Origin: a virus
Lineage: Duplodnaviria > Caudoviricetes
Reading direction: 5' to 3' (one strand)
DNA length: 41,199 bases
Virus record (IMG/VR): IMGVR_UViG_3300049164_000023
Coordinates: 1-41,199 of that record
Shown: positions 18,489 to 26,780 of the stretch, piece after piece
Layout of the letters: every line of letters begins with the position of its first letter
How positions within the stretch are numbered: the stretch's first letter is position 1
Position numbers and translations under genes: made by a program
Notes under the pieces: model-generated
What the model was told of the DNA's origin: nothing
The model's input: only the letters and a program-made list of their open reading frames with translations
Database searches by the model: none

Positions 18489-19664
18489 ATGTCCGTTGCA
18501 CGCAAAAACAAAAAACTGGAAAAAGCGATCGCCGGCGTCGTCGAAGGCGTGATTCACGAAAAATTCGGACATTTCCTGGAAGACCTCACGTTCCGGATCG
18601 ATCAAGCCTATGACGTGATGAACCGCGGCGCGTCCCGCGACGGGAAGGTCTACGCGGAAGACCTTAACCTGTTGGACCGCGCCCAGCTGACCGGCTACAC
18701 GGTTTCCAACAATTCGCCGACAGCCGGATCCGTCGCCTGGACCGACGTTAACGTCGTCTACGCCGGCCAGAAATACACGCTGACCAACGGTTCGACGTCA
18801 AACAAATATCTGTACTGGTCCCCAACGACGACGCCAACGGTCATGCTCACGTCGAACACGAAACCCGTCCTGGCCCCGGGCGAAGTCCTGCTGTTCATGA
18901 ATAATTCCGGGATCCATGCCGTGATGCTTTCGGACACTAACGCATCACTGCCGCAGATCGTCGCGAACAACGGCGTAGACCGCGGCGCGATCCTGGCGAA
19001 CGCCGTCGGCACGGCGGAAATCGAAAACGGCGCCGTCACGTCTTCCATCCTGGCCGGCGGCGCCGTCGTCGCCGGGAAAGTCGCCGCCGGCGCGATCAAC
19101 GCCCAGGACCAGATCGCGTCCGGCATGGTTTCGTCAACGGCCCTGGCGTCCGGCGCCGTCGTCGCCGGCAAGATCGCGACCGGAGCGATCAACGCCGCCG
19201 GCCAGATCGCGTCCGGCATCATCACCGGCGACCGCCTGGTGAACGGGACCGTCTCATCCACGCAGCTAGGAACCGGCGCCGTAACGGCCGGCAAAGTCGC
19301 GACCGGCGGCATTAGTGCATCGACCCAGTTCGCGGTCGATGTCGTCGATACCGCAGCGATCAAAGGCGGCGCCGTCACGTCAACGCAGCTGGGAACGAAC
19401 GCCGTAACCGCCGGGAAGATCGCGACCGGCGCGATCAACGCGTCCGGCCTGTTTACCGCGAACGTCGTCGATACCGCAGCGATCAAAGGCGGCGCCGTGA
19501 CAAGTACGGAACTGGGAGCGTCCGCCGTCACTGCCGGGAAGATCGCCGCCGGCGCGATCAATTCGTCCGGTCTGCTAACGGCTGGCGTCGTCGAAGGACC
19601 CGCGATCGCAGTCGGCGCCGTAGACGCCCAGCGGCTGAACGTCCTAAAGCATTTCCTGTTCTAA
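18489..19664 (+). CDS. Tail fibre segment with 10/11-residue AVTAGKIA-type repeats
   Basis: NSPTAGSVAW domain followed by many (A/V)VTxxK(I/L)AxG repeats; C-terminal RLNVLKHFLF. Confidence 0.82.
   Translation: MSVARKNKKLEKAIAGVVEGVIHEKFGHFLEDLTFRIDQAYDVMNRGASRDGKVYAEDLNLLDRAQLTGYTVSNNSPTAGSVAWTDVNVVYAGQKYTLTNGSTSNKYLYWSPTTTPTVMLTSNTKPVLAPGEVLLFMNNSGIHAVMLSDTNASLPQIVANNGVDRGAILANAVGTAEIENGAVTSSILAGGAVVAGKVAAGAINAQDQIASGMVSSTALASGAVVAGKIATGAINAAGQIASGIITGDRLVNGTVSSTQLGTGAVTAGKVATGGISASTQFAVDVVDTAAIKGGAVTSTQLGTNAVTAGKIATGAINASGLFTANVVDTAAIKGGAVTSTELGASAVTAGKIAAGAINSSGLLTAGVVEGPAIAVGAVDAQRLNVLKHFLF
19341..19498 (+). repeat. 35-bp exact direct repeat with 123-bp (41-aa) period in the fibre gene
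   Basis: GTCGTCGATACCGCAGCGATCAAAGGCGGCGCCGT at 19341-19375 and 19464-19498. Confidence 0.9.
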
Positions 19665-19676
19665 GGGATCGGCGCC

Positions 19677-22600
19677 ATGACCCAAATCCTAACCAGTAAT
19701 TCGCCGGCGCCCGGGTCCATATCCTGGCGCGAATTTACCCACACATTCGACGGGACTCCGACCACGTTCCCGGCCGGATCGACGTCGAAAAAACTGGTCT
19801 ACCGGCGCGGGACGGCGACGACGCTTTCGATGTCGGACGCGTTGCCCGGGGACTGGAAAGACGACGACGTTCTGTTTTTCGCGAACCGGGACGGGTTCGC
19901 GATCAACGCGACCAGCGCGACCGGACTATTCGGCGACCTGATCGTTCCCGGGACGATCATTTCCCAGAACCTGGCGACCGGCGCCGTAAAAGCGACTCAT
20001 ATCGACGCGGACGCCATAACAGCCGACGCGATCGGCGCCGGCGTGATCATCGGCGAACACATATCCGCCGGCGCGATTTCCACGTCGAAACTGTCCGTCG
20101 GAACTGTCTCGGATAACTTAGTCGCGAACGGTTCGTTCGAAGACGTAACGGATTCCTGGCCGGACTGCTGGGGATGGACCGTCCAGACGAACGGGTCGAT
20201 CCAGCCTGTTACCGGAACCGGCGTAACCGCGTCCGGCGCCGTCGCTATGCGGTTTACGGCGACCACGACAGGCGCAAATCTACGCATGCGGCAAACCCCG
20301 GACAAATACATCCCGGTTACGAACATCGCGAATAAACGCTGGTGGTTCAGCGTCCGCGCCGGCGCCGGAGCGACGACGACGGCCGGGTTCTATTTCCGGG
20401 TTTTGTGGATGGACGCGAATAAAGTCCAGCTGACCACCGGGACCACACAGAACGACGTCGCCGGGAACATCGGCCTGTCCACTGCCTACACGGAGCGAAA
20501 CGCCCAGTTCACGCCGCCGGCCGGCGCGCGCTATGCATGCATCGAACTGCTGCTGGTGAACCCGAATGTCGCGACGTCGATTTACGTGGATGAAGTAGTC
20601 GCGACCGAAGTCACGATGGGAACCCAGATCCAGGACCTGGGGATCACTACCGGCAAACTGGCCGCGGGAGCGGTGACTACGGACCGCCTGGCGGCGAAAG
20701 CGATCACTGTCGATAAATTGGCGGTCGGCGATTTCACGAACTATTCGACCGGCGGCGTTTTCGACGGCGCGGACGATCTGGCGAACTGGACGATTTCCGG
20801 AACCGGGATTTCGATCGTCACGACGGGACAGATCCAGGGGATCGGATGTCTGCAGTTCGCGGCCGGGACCGGCGTCCGGTCGGTAACGCTGAAACAGCCG
20901 AAAAACGTCCAGGAAGGCGACCAGTTCTATATCGATTTTTTCTTCAAATCGACGGCGGACTGGAACGGGACCGGGAGCAATTCGAAACTAAGGATCGGCG
21001 ACCAAACCGGCGCGCTAAAATCCGCGCCCACGTTCGGAACCGCGACCACCACCTGGCGGCATATCAGCGCGGATTTCACCGTCCCGGCCGGTATGTCCGA
21101 AATGCAGATCCAGGTCCTGGCCGACCATACCGTCGGGACCGCCTGGATCGACAGTGTGATCATTCGCCGAAAACTGCAGGGCGAACTCATAGTGGACGGC
21201 GCGATCACGGCGAACAAGATCACCGCGAGCGAAGAACTCTGGGCGAAAGTGATCGGCGCCCACCGGATCAACGCCGCCGAAATCGACGCGCCCAGCATCA
21301 CGTCCGCTGTTATCACGTCGGACGTTTTCGTCGGTAAGTCGTTCACCGGCGGAACGTTCACTGGCGCACTGTTCCAGTCGCACACAGACCCGGCGCTGGG
21401 AACGAAGCTGGACCCGGCCGGGTTCCGCGCCTACGATTCCCGCGCCCAGATCCAGGACGTTTCCGGCGCGACGGTAACAAACCCGCGCTACAAACAGAAG
21501 ACGTTCGAAGTCGCCGCGGATTCCGGGAACGTCTCAATGGTCGGAGAGCTGGCGGCGACATCGACCCGCTATTTCGTGAACGGCGGGACGACGACAACCC
21601 TGGGCGACATTACGACGCGGATCGGCCCGGACGCGATAACGAACGTGATCGGACAGTTCCAGTTGATGGGCGTTCCGGGGATGTCCTGGTCGAACTACGA
21701 CGGGAAACTGGCGCGCGCCGCGATCGGCGGCGACGGCCAGGGGAACCTGTTCCTAACGTCCGGCGGCGTCGTGAACGACGAACGGAAAATATTCCGGCTG
21801 GCCCCGCATGGGTTCGAATTTTATGGTCCCGTCGAAATGACATCCGGTATGAACCTAAGCGGCGGACATCTTGATCTGATGGGCGGCGGATATATCTACG
21901 TCCGCGGCGGAAAAATGGTCTTCACTGAAGAACATTCCGGCGCCCCGGGATCGAACTGGATCCAGTCGGGTTTCCCGATCCGGTTTAGCGGCGTTAATTC
22001 AACCGTCCTGCAAAGCATCTACGCGGCAAACATCTATTCGAACGGGAACGTCCACCTGTTGACGGACTCCGGTATGGCGCGCCTGGTCGGAAACAACAGC
22101 GGCGGGAATAACTGGATCTCGTTGCTGCGCGACGATCAGACCGGCGGACTGGCTGGGCTGCGCCGCTACTCCGGAAACAACGGGACAGGCTTTAACGCCA
22201 TGCCCGTTTATGACCTCACAACTGCCAGCGCGGCGAACGTGAACATTTCGTCCGGCGGCTGGCTGCAGCGTTCGACGTCGGCGCGGAAATACAAACAGGA
22301 CATCCAGGCAGTCGATCCGGCCGTCTACGAAAATAACCTGCTGTCCCTGCAGCCGAAATCCTGGATCGACAAAGGCGAAGCCGCGGCCGTCGCCGAATAC
22401 GAACGCCGGATCGCGGCCGGCGAACCAGTCACGGATCCGGAAACCGGCGAACCCCTCACGGCGCGGCCGTTCGAACTGCAACGGTATTACGGCTACATAG
22501 CCGAAGACGTCCTGGCCGCGGGAAAGCTGGGCTGGGCTGTTACCCGGCATGACCAGACCGGCGAGGTCGAAGGGCTGGCCTATGACCGGCTGGCCGCGGC

Positions 22601-22775
22601 CGTGATCCCGATCGTCGCGAAATACCGGACCCGGCTAACAAACCTGGAAACCCAGGCGAACCAGCGCGTTTCCGCCCTGGAAACGAAAGTCGCGTCCCTG
22701 GAAAGCAAAGTCGCCACGCTCCAAAGCCAAGGCCAGAACCTGGCCGCGCGCGTAACCGCGCTAGAGAACGCCTAG
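19677..22775 (+). CDS. Tail fibre / receptor-binding protein with two carbohydrate-binding-like modules and C-terminal intramolecular chaperone (peptidase S74-like)
   Basis: NLVANGSFE...IYVDEV and NYSTGGVFD...AWIDSV modules; STSARKYKQDI autocleavage motif, YGYIAEDV, LAYDRL, terminal coiled coil. Confidence 0.88.
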   Translation: MTQILTSNSPAPGSISWREFTHTFDGTPTTFPAGSTSKKLVYRRGTATTLSMSDALPGDWKDDDVLFFANRDGFAINATSATGLFGDLIVPGTIISQNLATGAVKATHIDADAITADAIGAGVIIGEHISAGAISTSKLSVGTVSDNLVANGSFEDVTDSWPDCWGWTVQTNGSIQPVTGTGVTASGAVAMRFTATTTGANLRMRQTPDKYIPVTNIANKRWWFSVRAGAGATTTAGFYFRVLWMDANKVQLTTGTTQNDVAGNIGLSTAYTERNAQFTPPAGARYACIELLLVNPNVATSIYVDEVVATEVTMGTQIQDLGITTGKLAAGAVTTDRLAAKAITVDKLAVGDFTNYSTGGVFDGADDLANWTISGTGISIVTTGQIQGIGCLQFAAGTGVRSVTLKQPKNVQEGDQFYIDFFFKSTADWNGTGSNSKLRIGDQTGALKSAPTFGTATTTWRHISADFTVPAGMSEMQIQVLADHTVGTAWIDSVIIRRKLQGELIVDGAITANKITASEELWAKVIGAHRINAAEIDAPSITSAVITSDVFVGKSFTGGTFTGALFQSHTDPALGTKLDPAGFRAYDSRAQIQDVSGATVTNPRYKQKTFEVAADSGNVSMVGELAATSTRYFVNGGTTTTLGDITTRIGPDAITNVIGQFQLMGVPGMSWSNYDGKLARAAIGGDGQGNLFLTSGGVVNDERKIFRLAPHGFEFYGPVEMTSGMNLSGGHLDLMGGGYIYVRGGKMVFTEEHSGAPGSNWIQSGFPIRFSGVNSTVLQSIYAANIYSNGNVHLLTDSGMARLVGNNSGGNNWISLLRDDQTGGLAGLRRYSGNNGTGFNAMPVYDLTTASAANVNISSGGWLQRSTSARKYKQDIQAVDPAVYENNLLSLQPKSWIDKGEAAAVAEYERRIAAGEPVTDPETGEPLTARPFELQRYYGYIAEDVLAAGKLGWAVTRHDQTGEVEGLAYDRLAAAVIPIVAKYRTRLTNLETQANQRVSALETKVASLESKVATLQSQGQNLAARVTALENA

Positions 22776-22822
22776 GGAAAACCGCCCCCTGGGGAACCCC
22801 CGAAGAAAGGAAACCGCCCACC

Positions 22823-23002
22823 ATGGATTCGACACAAGCCGAACGCATCCTGAACCGACAGATCCACCAAATCGCCCAGCTGCAATTCCAGAACACCGTC
22901 CTGCAAGACGAACTGGAACAGGCCCATGAAGAAATCGCCCAGCTGCGCCGCAGCGAACAGGAGCAGAACGCCGAACCTGTCCCGGAACCGGCGGGAACAT
23001 GA
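22823..23002 (+). CDS. 59-aa coiled-coil protein (not in ORF track)
   Basis: AAAGGA SD; MDSTQAERILNRQIHQIAQLQFQNTVLQDELEQAHEEIAQLRR...; ATGA overlap with next gene. Confidence 0.8.
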   Translation: MDSTQAERILNRQIHQIAQLQFQNTVLQDELEQAHEEIAQLRRSEQEQNAEPVPEPAGT

Positions 23003-23457
23003 GAATAACCTGTCTGGACGACGCGCGGAGAAGAGTCACGGCCGGCCGGGTTATCGCCCTGTCGGCCGCGGCCGTCTACTGCCTGTTACGCGTTTTCATG
23101 CTGATGTCCGGGAACCTAACCCCGGCCGGGAAGATCATCACCGCGGACGGCGCCCTGACCTGGCCCTGGGCTGCAGCCTGGCTAACCGCGGCCGGCTGGT
23201 GTGTCTGGGACATCATCCAGCACCGGACCCGACACGGCCTGGCGTTTACTGTCGCGCTGGCCATGACCTGGGGAACCGGGAACGTCGGCGTCTGGGCGAT
23301 GGACGGATTCACCGGGACGGGCTGGGCGTCCGCCCTGGGTTACTACGCGCCGGCGCTAATCGTGTTCGGCCTAATGCTCAAAATCGGCGCGCTCTATGAC
23401 CTGCTGGAAGACGTTAGCAATCATCTACGCGCCCAACAGGGGACCCCCGATGAATGA
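22999..23457 (+). CDS. Multi-pass membrane protein (lysis cassette, holin-like)
   Basis: About four hydrophobic segments; upstream of endolysin. Confidence 0.75.
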   Translation: MRITCLDDARRRVTAGRVIALSAAAVYCLLRVFMLMSGNLTPAGKIITADGALTWPWAAAWLTAAGWCVWDIIQHRTRHGLAFTVALAMTWGTGNVGVWAMDGFTGTGWASALGYYAPALIVFGLMLKIGALYDLLEDVSNHLRAQQGTPDE

Positions 23458-23788
23458 AATCCTGGCCGCTATTGTCCGCGTGAACCAATCCGTCCTGGCG
23501 GAACCGACGACATACCTGTTCCCGGTCATGGCCGCGCTGATTAGCGCGTTCGTAGCTGTCATTACGACGCGGATCCAGTTCCGCGGGAAACCCGAAAACA
23601 GTCTGATCGACCAGCTGCAGGAAGAACTAAAGGACGTCCGGAAACGGATCTACCGCCTGGAATCCAGGGACCGCGTTTATCTGCCCCACATTCTGAGACT
23701 GAACCAGATCATCGAACGAATGGGCGGCACGGCCCCGGATCTGCCGGGACCGCTCCAAAACTACCTGGACGAACCGGACAAGGAATAA
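23450..23788 (+). CDS. Single-TM plus coiled-coil membrane protein (lysis cassette)
   Basis: MNEIL start at 23450; TM YLFPVMAALISAFVAVI; LIDQLQEELKDVRKRIYRLE coiled coil. Confidence 0.75.
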   Translation: MNEILAAIVRVNQSVLAEPTTYLFPVMAALISAFVAVITTRIQFRGKPENSLIDQLQEELKDVRKRIYRLESRDRVYLPHILRLNQIIERMGGTAPDLPGPLQNYLDEPDKE

Positions 23789-23803
23789 GGAAGGGATACA
23801 GCC

Positions 23804-23953
23804 ATGGCGAAAGTTCCAGGCATAGCCCCGGATCCGCAGCCGGCCGAACCGCCGGCGCCCCATGATCACTATCTGCCCGATGAAGTCTGGGGACAGGTAC
23901 TGAGAGACGCGAAGCGGATCCGCGCCGAAGCTGACGAAAGCGAGACTGACTAA
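23804..23953 (+). CDS. 49-aa acidic, proline-rich protein (not in ORF track)
   Basis: GGAAGGGA SD; MAKVPGIAPDPQPAEPPAPHDHYLPDEVWGQVLRDAKRIRAEADESETD; TAATG coupling to endolysin. Confidence 0.72.
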   Translation: MAKVPGIAPDPQPAEPPAPHDHYLPDEVWGQVLRDAKRIRAEADESETD

Positions 23954-25017
23954 TGGTTTCGCCGATCATCGAAATGACGAACACCACGAAAAATAACGGA
24001 ATGTCCGGCCTGGAAACCCAGCTGCTGGTCCAGCATTCGGCCGAATGCCCGTTACGCGGCGGGTTCGCCCAGTCCCTAACCGGCGCCTGTAACGCCGACC
24101 CGTCCTGGGGCGCGTCCTGGCATGTTTTCGTCGATCCGATCGCCCGGGTCCGAATGGTTCCCTGGTATCTGGCCGCGTGGCATGCCGGCTACGCGAACCC
24201 GTTTTCGATCGGGATCGAAATCGCCGGCTATGCCAGGTTTAGCCGCGCCGAATGGACGACGCCGGAAGGCCGAAAGCAACTGGAAAACCTGGCCGTCGAA
24301 TGGGCGTTCTGGGCGGACCATGAAGACATCCCGTCGCGCTGGCTGACGACGGCCGAAGTCCGCGCCGTCCTGAACGGGAACCGGACCATCAAGGGGTTCT
24401 GTACCCATGCACAGATCGACCCAAACAGCCGGACCGACCCGGGACCGAATTTTCCTTATGACGATCTGATGAACCGGATCCGCCAGATCCGCGGCGGCGT
24501 GAAACCGGCCGCAGAAACGAAGCCGGCCCCCGTTCCGGCGAAACCGAAAGACCCGTTCGAAGAACTGATGGGACAGATCATGACCTGGTATGAATCGAAA
24601 GCCGATTTCGAAGACGCGCTGCGGACCCTGCCCTGGACATTCCGGGGACAGAAACCCGGCGGCAAAAAGGGCGAGAAGGATCCGCGCGACGCCTATTCCT
24701 ATCTGCGGAACATGCCCTATCTGGTCTGGGCGTGGAAGCTGGGAAGCCGCTGGAAGGCGTCCGCCGGCCAGCTATACCAGGCGGCGTCGTACCTGGTAGT
24801 AAACAACGCCCATAGTCACGAGAACCGGGAAACGCTGCGGAAAGTCGTTTTGCTGCTGGGACAGATCGCGGCCGACCGGAACGCAACCGGGGACCAGATC
24901 CGCGACCAGATCCGCGCGGCGTTCGACCGCCTGGACCTGTCCATTACCGCGACTGTTTCCGAACAGGACGGCGCAGCCGGCCAGCCGACGGCCGACGCGA
25001 AACCGAAGGAAGGATGA
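23953..25017 (+). CDS. Endolysin, N-acetylmuramoyl-L-alanine amidase (Amidase_2-type)
   Basis: LVQHSAE, ASWHVFVD, AWHAG..N..SIGIEI, CTHAQI...RTDPGPNFP. Confidence 0.93.
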   Translation: MVSPIIEMTNTTKNNGMSGLETQLLVQHSAECPLRGGFAQSLTGACNADPSWGASWHVFVDPIARVRMVPWYLAAWHAGYANPFSIGIEIAGYARFSRAEWTTPEGRKQLENLAVEWAFWADHEDIPSRWLTTAEVRAVLNGNRTIKGFCTHAQIDPNSRTDPGPNFPYDDLMNRIRQIRGGVKPAAETKPAPVPAKPKDPFEELMGQIMTWYESKADFEDALRTLPWTFRGQKPGGKKGEKDPRDAYSYLRNMPYLVWAWKLGSRWKASAGQLYQAASYLVVNNAHSHENRETLRKVVLLLGQIAADRNATGDQIRDQIRAAFDRLDLSITATVSEQDGAAGQPTADAKPKEG

Positions 25018-25020
25018 CCC

Positions 25021-25323
25021 ATGGCAACCCACGCGGCAACACAAACCCGTTACCCCTGGCGCGCGGTTCTGCGGACCGTCGTCGAAGCGATCATCGCCCT
25101 GGCCGCTGCAGCGCCGCTGCTCTACACGGCAGTAACCGATAGTTCCGGCGAAGCGGCGACCGGCGCCGGCGCCGTGTTCCTGGCCGTAGCTGCAGCGATT
25201 ACGCGCGTTATCAATTTGCCGGCGGTCGATTCTTTTATCCGGCGATTCCTGCCCTGGCTGGCCCCGGATCCCGCGCGCGGAATTGCGTCCGGGAATACCA
25301 TTCCCGACGGTCCGATCGAGTAA
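25021..25323 (+). CDS. Holin
   Basis: TQTRYPWRAVLRT, two TM segments, AITRVINLPAVD..IRRFLPWL as in actinophage holins. Confidence 0.85.
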   Translation: MATHAATQTRYPWRAVLRTVVEAIIALAAAAPLLYTAVTDSSGEAATGAGAVFLAVAAAITRVINLPAVDSFIRRFLPWLAPDPARGIASGNTIPDGPIE

Positions 25324-25340
25324 GTCCCGGGACATTAGAA

Positions 25341-25387
25341 AACGGTTCCTGCCGGCCCCACGGACGGCAGGAACCGTTCCCATTTTT
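25341..25387. terminator. Probably bidirectional intrinsic terminator after the lysis cassette
   Basis: AACGGTTCCTGCCG / CGGCAGGAACCGTT 14-bp stem; TTTTT downstream on +, short T run on -. Confidence 0.8.
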
Positions 25388-25719
25388 GTCCCGCCGCCGG
25401 TTTCGCGAATTCATCGCACTTGGGGGAAATGGGATCAACCTGGAAGGCCGGCGGCGGAACAGGTATGACCCTAGCCAAGCTTGCTTGGTTTCTCAAAATC
25501 GGCGGCGTCGCCGGCGCGTCACCGAACGTTGCCGGCTGGCCCTACCTATACCCGGTAAGCGTATCCCTGCGGGTCCCGTTTTCGGCCGTTTTTGATGGCT
25601 TATCCGATGGCTTATGAATGCAAAACCCCATGAAAATGGGTGAATCTGGGTGAACGAAAAACCTCTAGAATTCGCGGATTTCGAAGCCCCATAAACGCCC
25701 ATGAAACCCCGTCCGTATC

Positions 25720-25763
25720 ACTCATAATCCTTTGGTCCAGGGTTCAAGTCCCTGTCGCCCTAC
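25720..25763 (+). other. att common core: 3' half of a tRNA with CAT anticodon (Ile2 more likely than Met)
   Basis: ACTCATAATCCTTTGGTCCAGGGTTCAAGTCCCTGTCGCCCTAC = anticodon loop, variable loop, T arm (CAGGG TTCAAGT CCCTG) and 3' acceptor strand; no 5' half. Confidence 0.9.
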
Positions 25764-25766
25764 TGT

Positions 25767-25817
25767 AAATCCCCTAGTCAGACCCGGTTTTTCCGGAATC
25801 TGGCTAGGGGATTTTTT
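25767..25817 (+). terminator. Intrinsic terminator downstream of the att core (for the reconstituted tRNA)
   Basis: AAATCCCCTAGTCAGA ... TCTGGCTAGGGGATTT followed by T run. Confidence 0.8.
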
Positions 25818-25873
25818 CGTTCTGGTGGCTTATCTGGTGGCTTATGGCCGAAAAGTCCAACAGCCTGTTGGAC

Positions 25874-25912
25874 AAACGAAGACCCGCGGCCCCCACAAGG
25901 GAACCGCGGGTC
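25874..25912 (-). terminator. Terminator for the leftward accessory gene
   Basis: GACCCGCGG / CCGCGGGTC stem followed by TTCGTTTG on the minus strand, just after the stop at 25922. Confidence 0.65.
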
Positions 25913-25921
25913 CTGTCGCGT

Positions 25922-26287
25922 TTAAGAGAGTATGGACAGTTTCGCCAGGGTCCCGGCGTCCGCCGCGTATGGCGCCACCGTGGCACAAATCGCCCCCAGC
26001 GGCCGATCGCCGGGTCCCAGGGTGGGAAGTACCAGGAACGTTTTCCAGGCCGGCGGAGCGGCCCCCAGGCCGGCGTCCATACCGGCGTCCGCAGCCTGGC
26101 CCCCATACGGCCCGGACGACGCCTGGCGGTCCAGGATGTCGGCGACCGTTTCGGCCATGAGTTGATAGACCGCCGCGCGGCGCGCCCATTTGTCCCGTTC
26201 GGCGCCGGCATTCTGCGCCTGTTCCTGCAGCATTTCCAGTTCCCGACGCAGCCCCCCGATTACGTCGTCTATGTTCGGTTTCGTCAT
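25922..26287 (-). CDS. Hypothetical accessory protein (N-terminal coiled coil)
   Basis: MTKPNIDDVIGGLRRELEMLQEQ...; AGGGGG SD; has its own terminator and an AT-rich upstream region. Confidence 0.6.
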   Translation of the reverse strand: MTKPNIDDVIGGLRRELEMLQEQAQNAGAERDKWARRAAVYQLMAETVADILDRQASSGPYGGQAADAGMDAGLGAAPPAWKTFLVLPTLGPGDRPLGAICATVAPYAADAGTLAKLSILS

Positions 26288-26407
26288 AGTGACGACACCC
26301 CCTGTTGAATCAGCCCTGATCTGAGATGGAACCTTTAACATAAGCCGCCTTAGCGATACCAGAAAAGGGTTACTAGCCGGTAATAAGTAACCTGATCAGC
26401 CAAGACA

Positions 26408-26443
26408 CAAAAGGACCCGCCGCTATTGACTAACGGCGGATCC
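26408..26443 (-). terminator. Intrinsic terminator for the rep-int-orf leftward operon
   Basis: Minus strand GGATCCGCCGTTA GTCAA TAGCGGCGGGTCC TTTT; the two G-U pairs form only on the minus strand. Confidence 0.8.
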
Positions 26444-26544
26444 AAGCTAGGAAATGTGTAAGGATGGGTTCTGGGGATGATTGGGGACAGGAACGGCGCC
26501 GGATCTGGGGAGAACCGGCGCCGCTACTGTTTATCCCCCCGCCG

Positions 26545-26754
26545 CTACGGGTTCGGCCGGTAAACCGATTCGACCGCTTCCAACGTCGCGCCGCAGGTCT
26601 GCGCGGACGTCCCGCCGACCAGCTGCAGGAACAGTGTCGTCCCGGCCGGGACGTCCAGGACTTCCCATTCCAAGCCGTCATAGCGGCTGGGACGCTGCGG
26701 ATCCCGCCGCAAACGGACGTAATCGCCCCGCCTGATATCTGCAGTAGTGTTCAT
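26545..26754 (-). CDS. Small hypothetical protein, SH3/KOW-like beta barrel
   Basis: GAGAGGA SD; IRRGDYVRL...YDGLEWEVLDV pattern. Confidence 0.65.
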   Translation of the reverse strand: MNTTADIRRGDYVRLRRDPQRPSRYDGLEWEVLDVPAGTTLFLQLVGGTSAQTCGATLEAVESVYRPNP

Positions 26755-26780
26755 GATTCTGTCCTCTCAGATCGCCGTTT

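Larger units (their letters stand above)
25594..25845. mobile_element. attP: attP region with integrase arm-type repeats
   Basis: G(A/G)TGGCTTAT pairs with 12-nt period at 25594/25606 and 25824/25836 flank the core; 10-nt period TGGGTGAA (25637, 25647) and CCCATRAA (25688, 25698) repeats in the left arm. Confidence 0.85.

Noticed and set aside
19341-19498. Diversity-generating retroelement or invertible tail-fibre cassette
   Set aside because: No reverse transcriptase or invertase; the repeats are in-frame tandem structural repeats without adenine-specific variation
25420-25617. 65-aa ORF downstream of the holin
   Set aside because: Lies after the terminator, TTG start without a clear SD, and runs into attP arm repeats
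25720-25763. Intact tRNA gene
   Set aside because: Only the anticodon loop to 3' acceptor strand is present; upstream sequence cannot form the D arm or 5' acceptor strand, so it is an att core
26466-26510. G-quadruplex on the plus strand
   Set aside because: Four G runs exist, but the last loop is ~20 nt and competes with a 9-bp hairpin; the minus-strand C-rich RNA reading fits the transcription direction better
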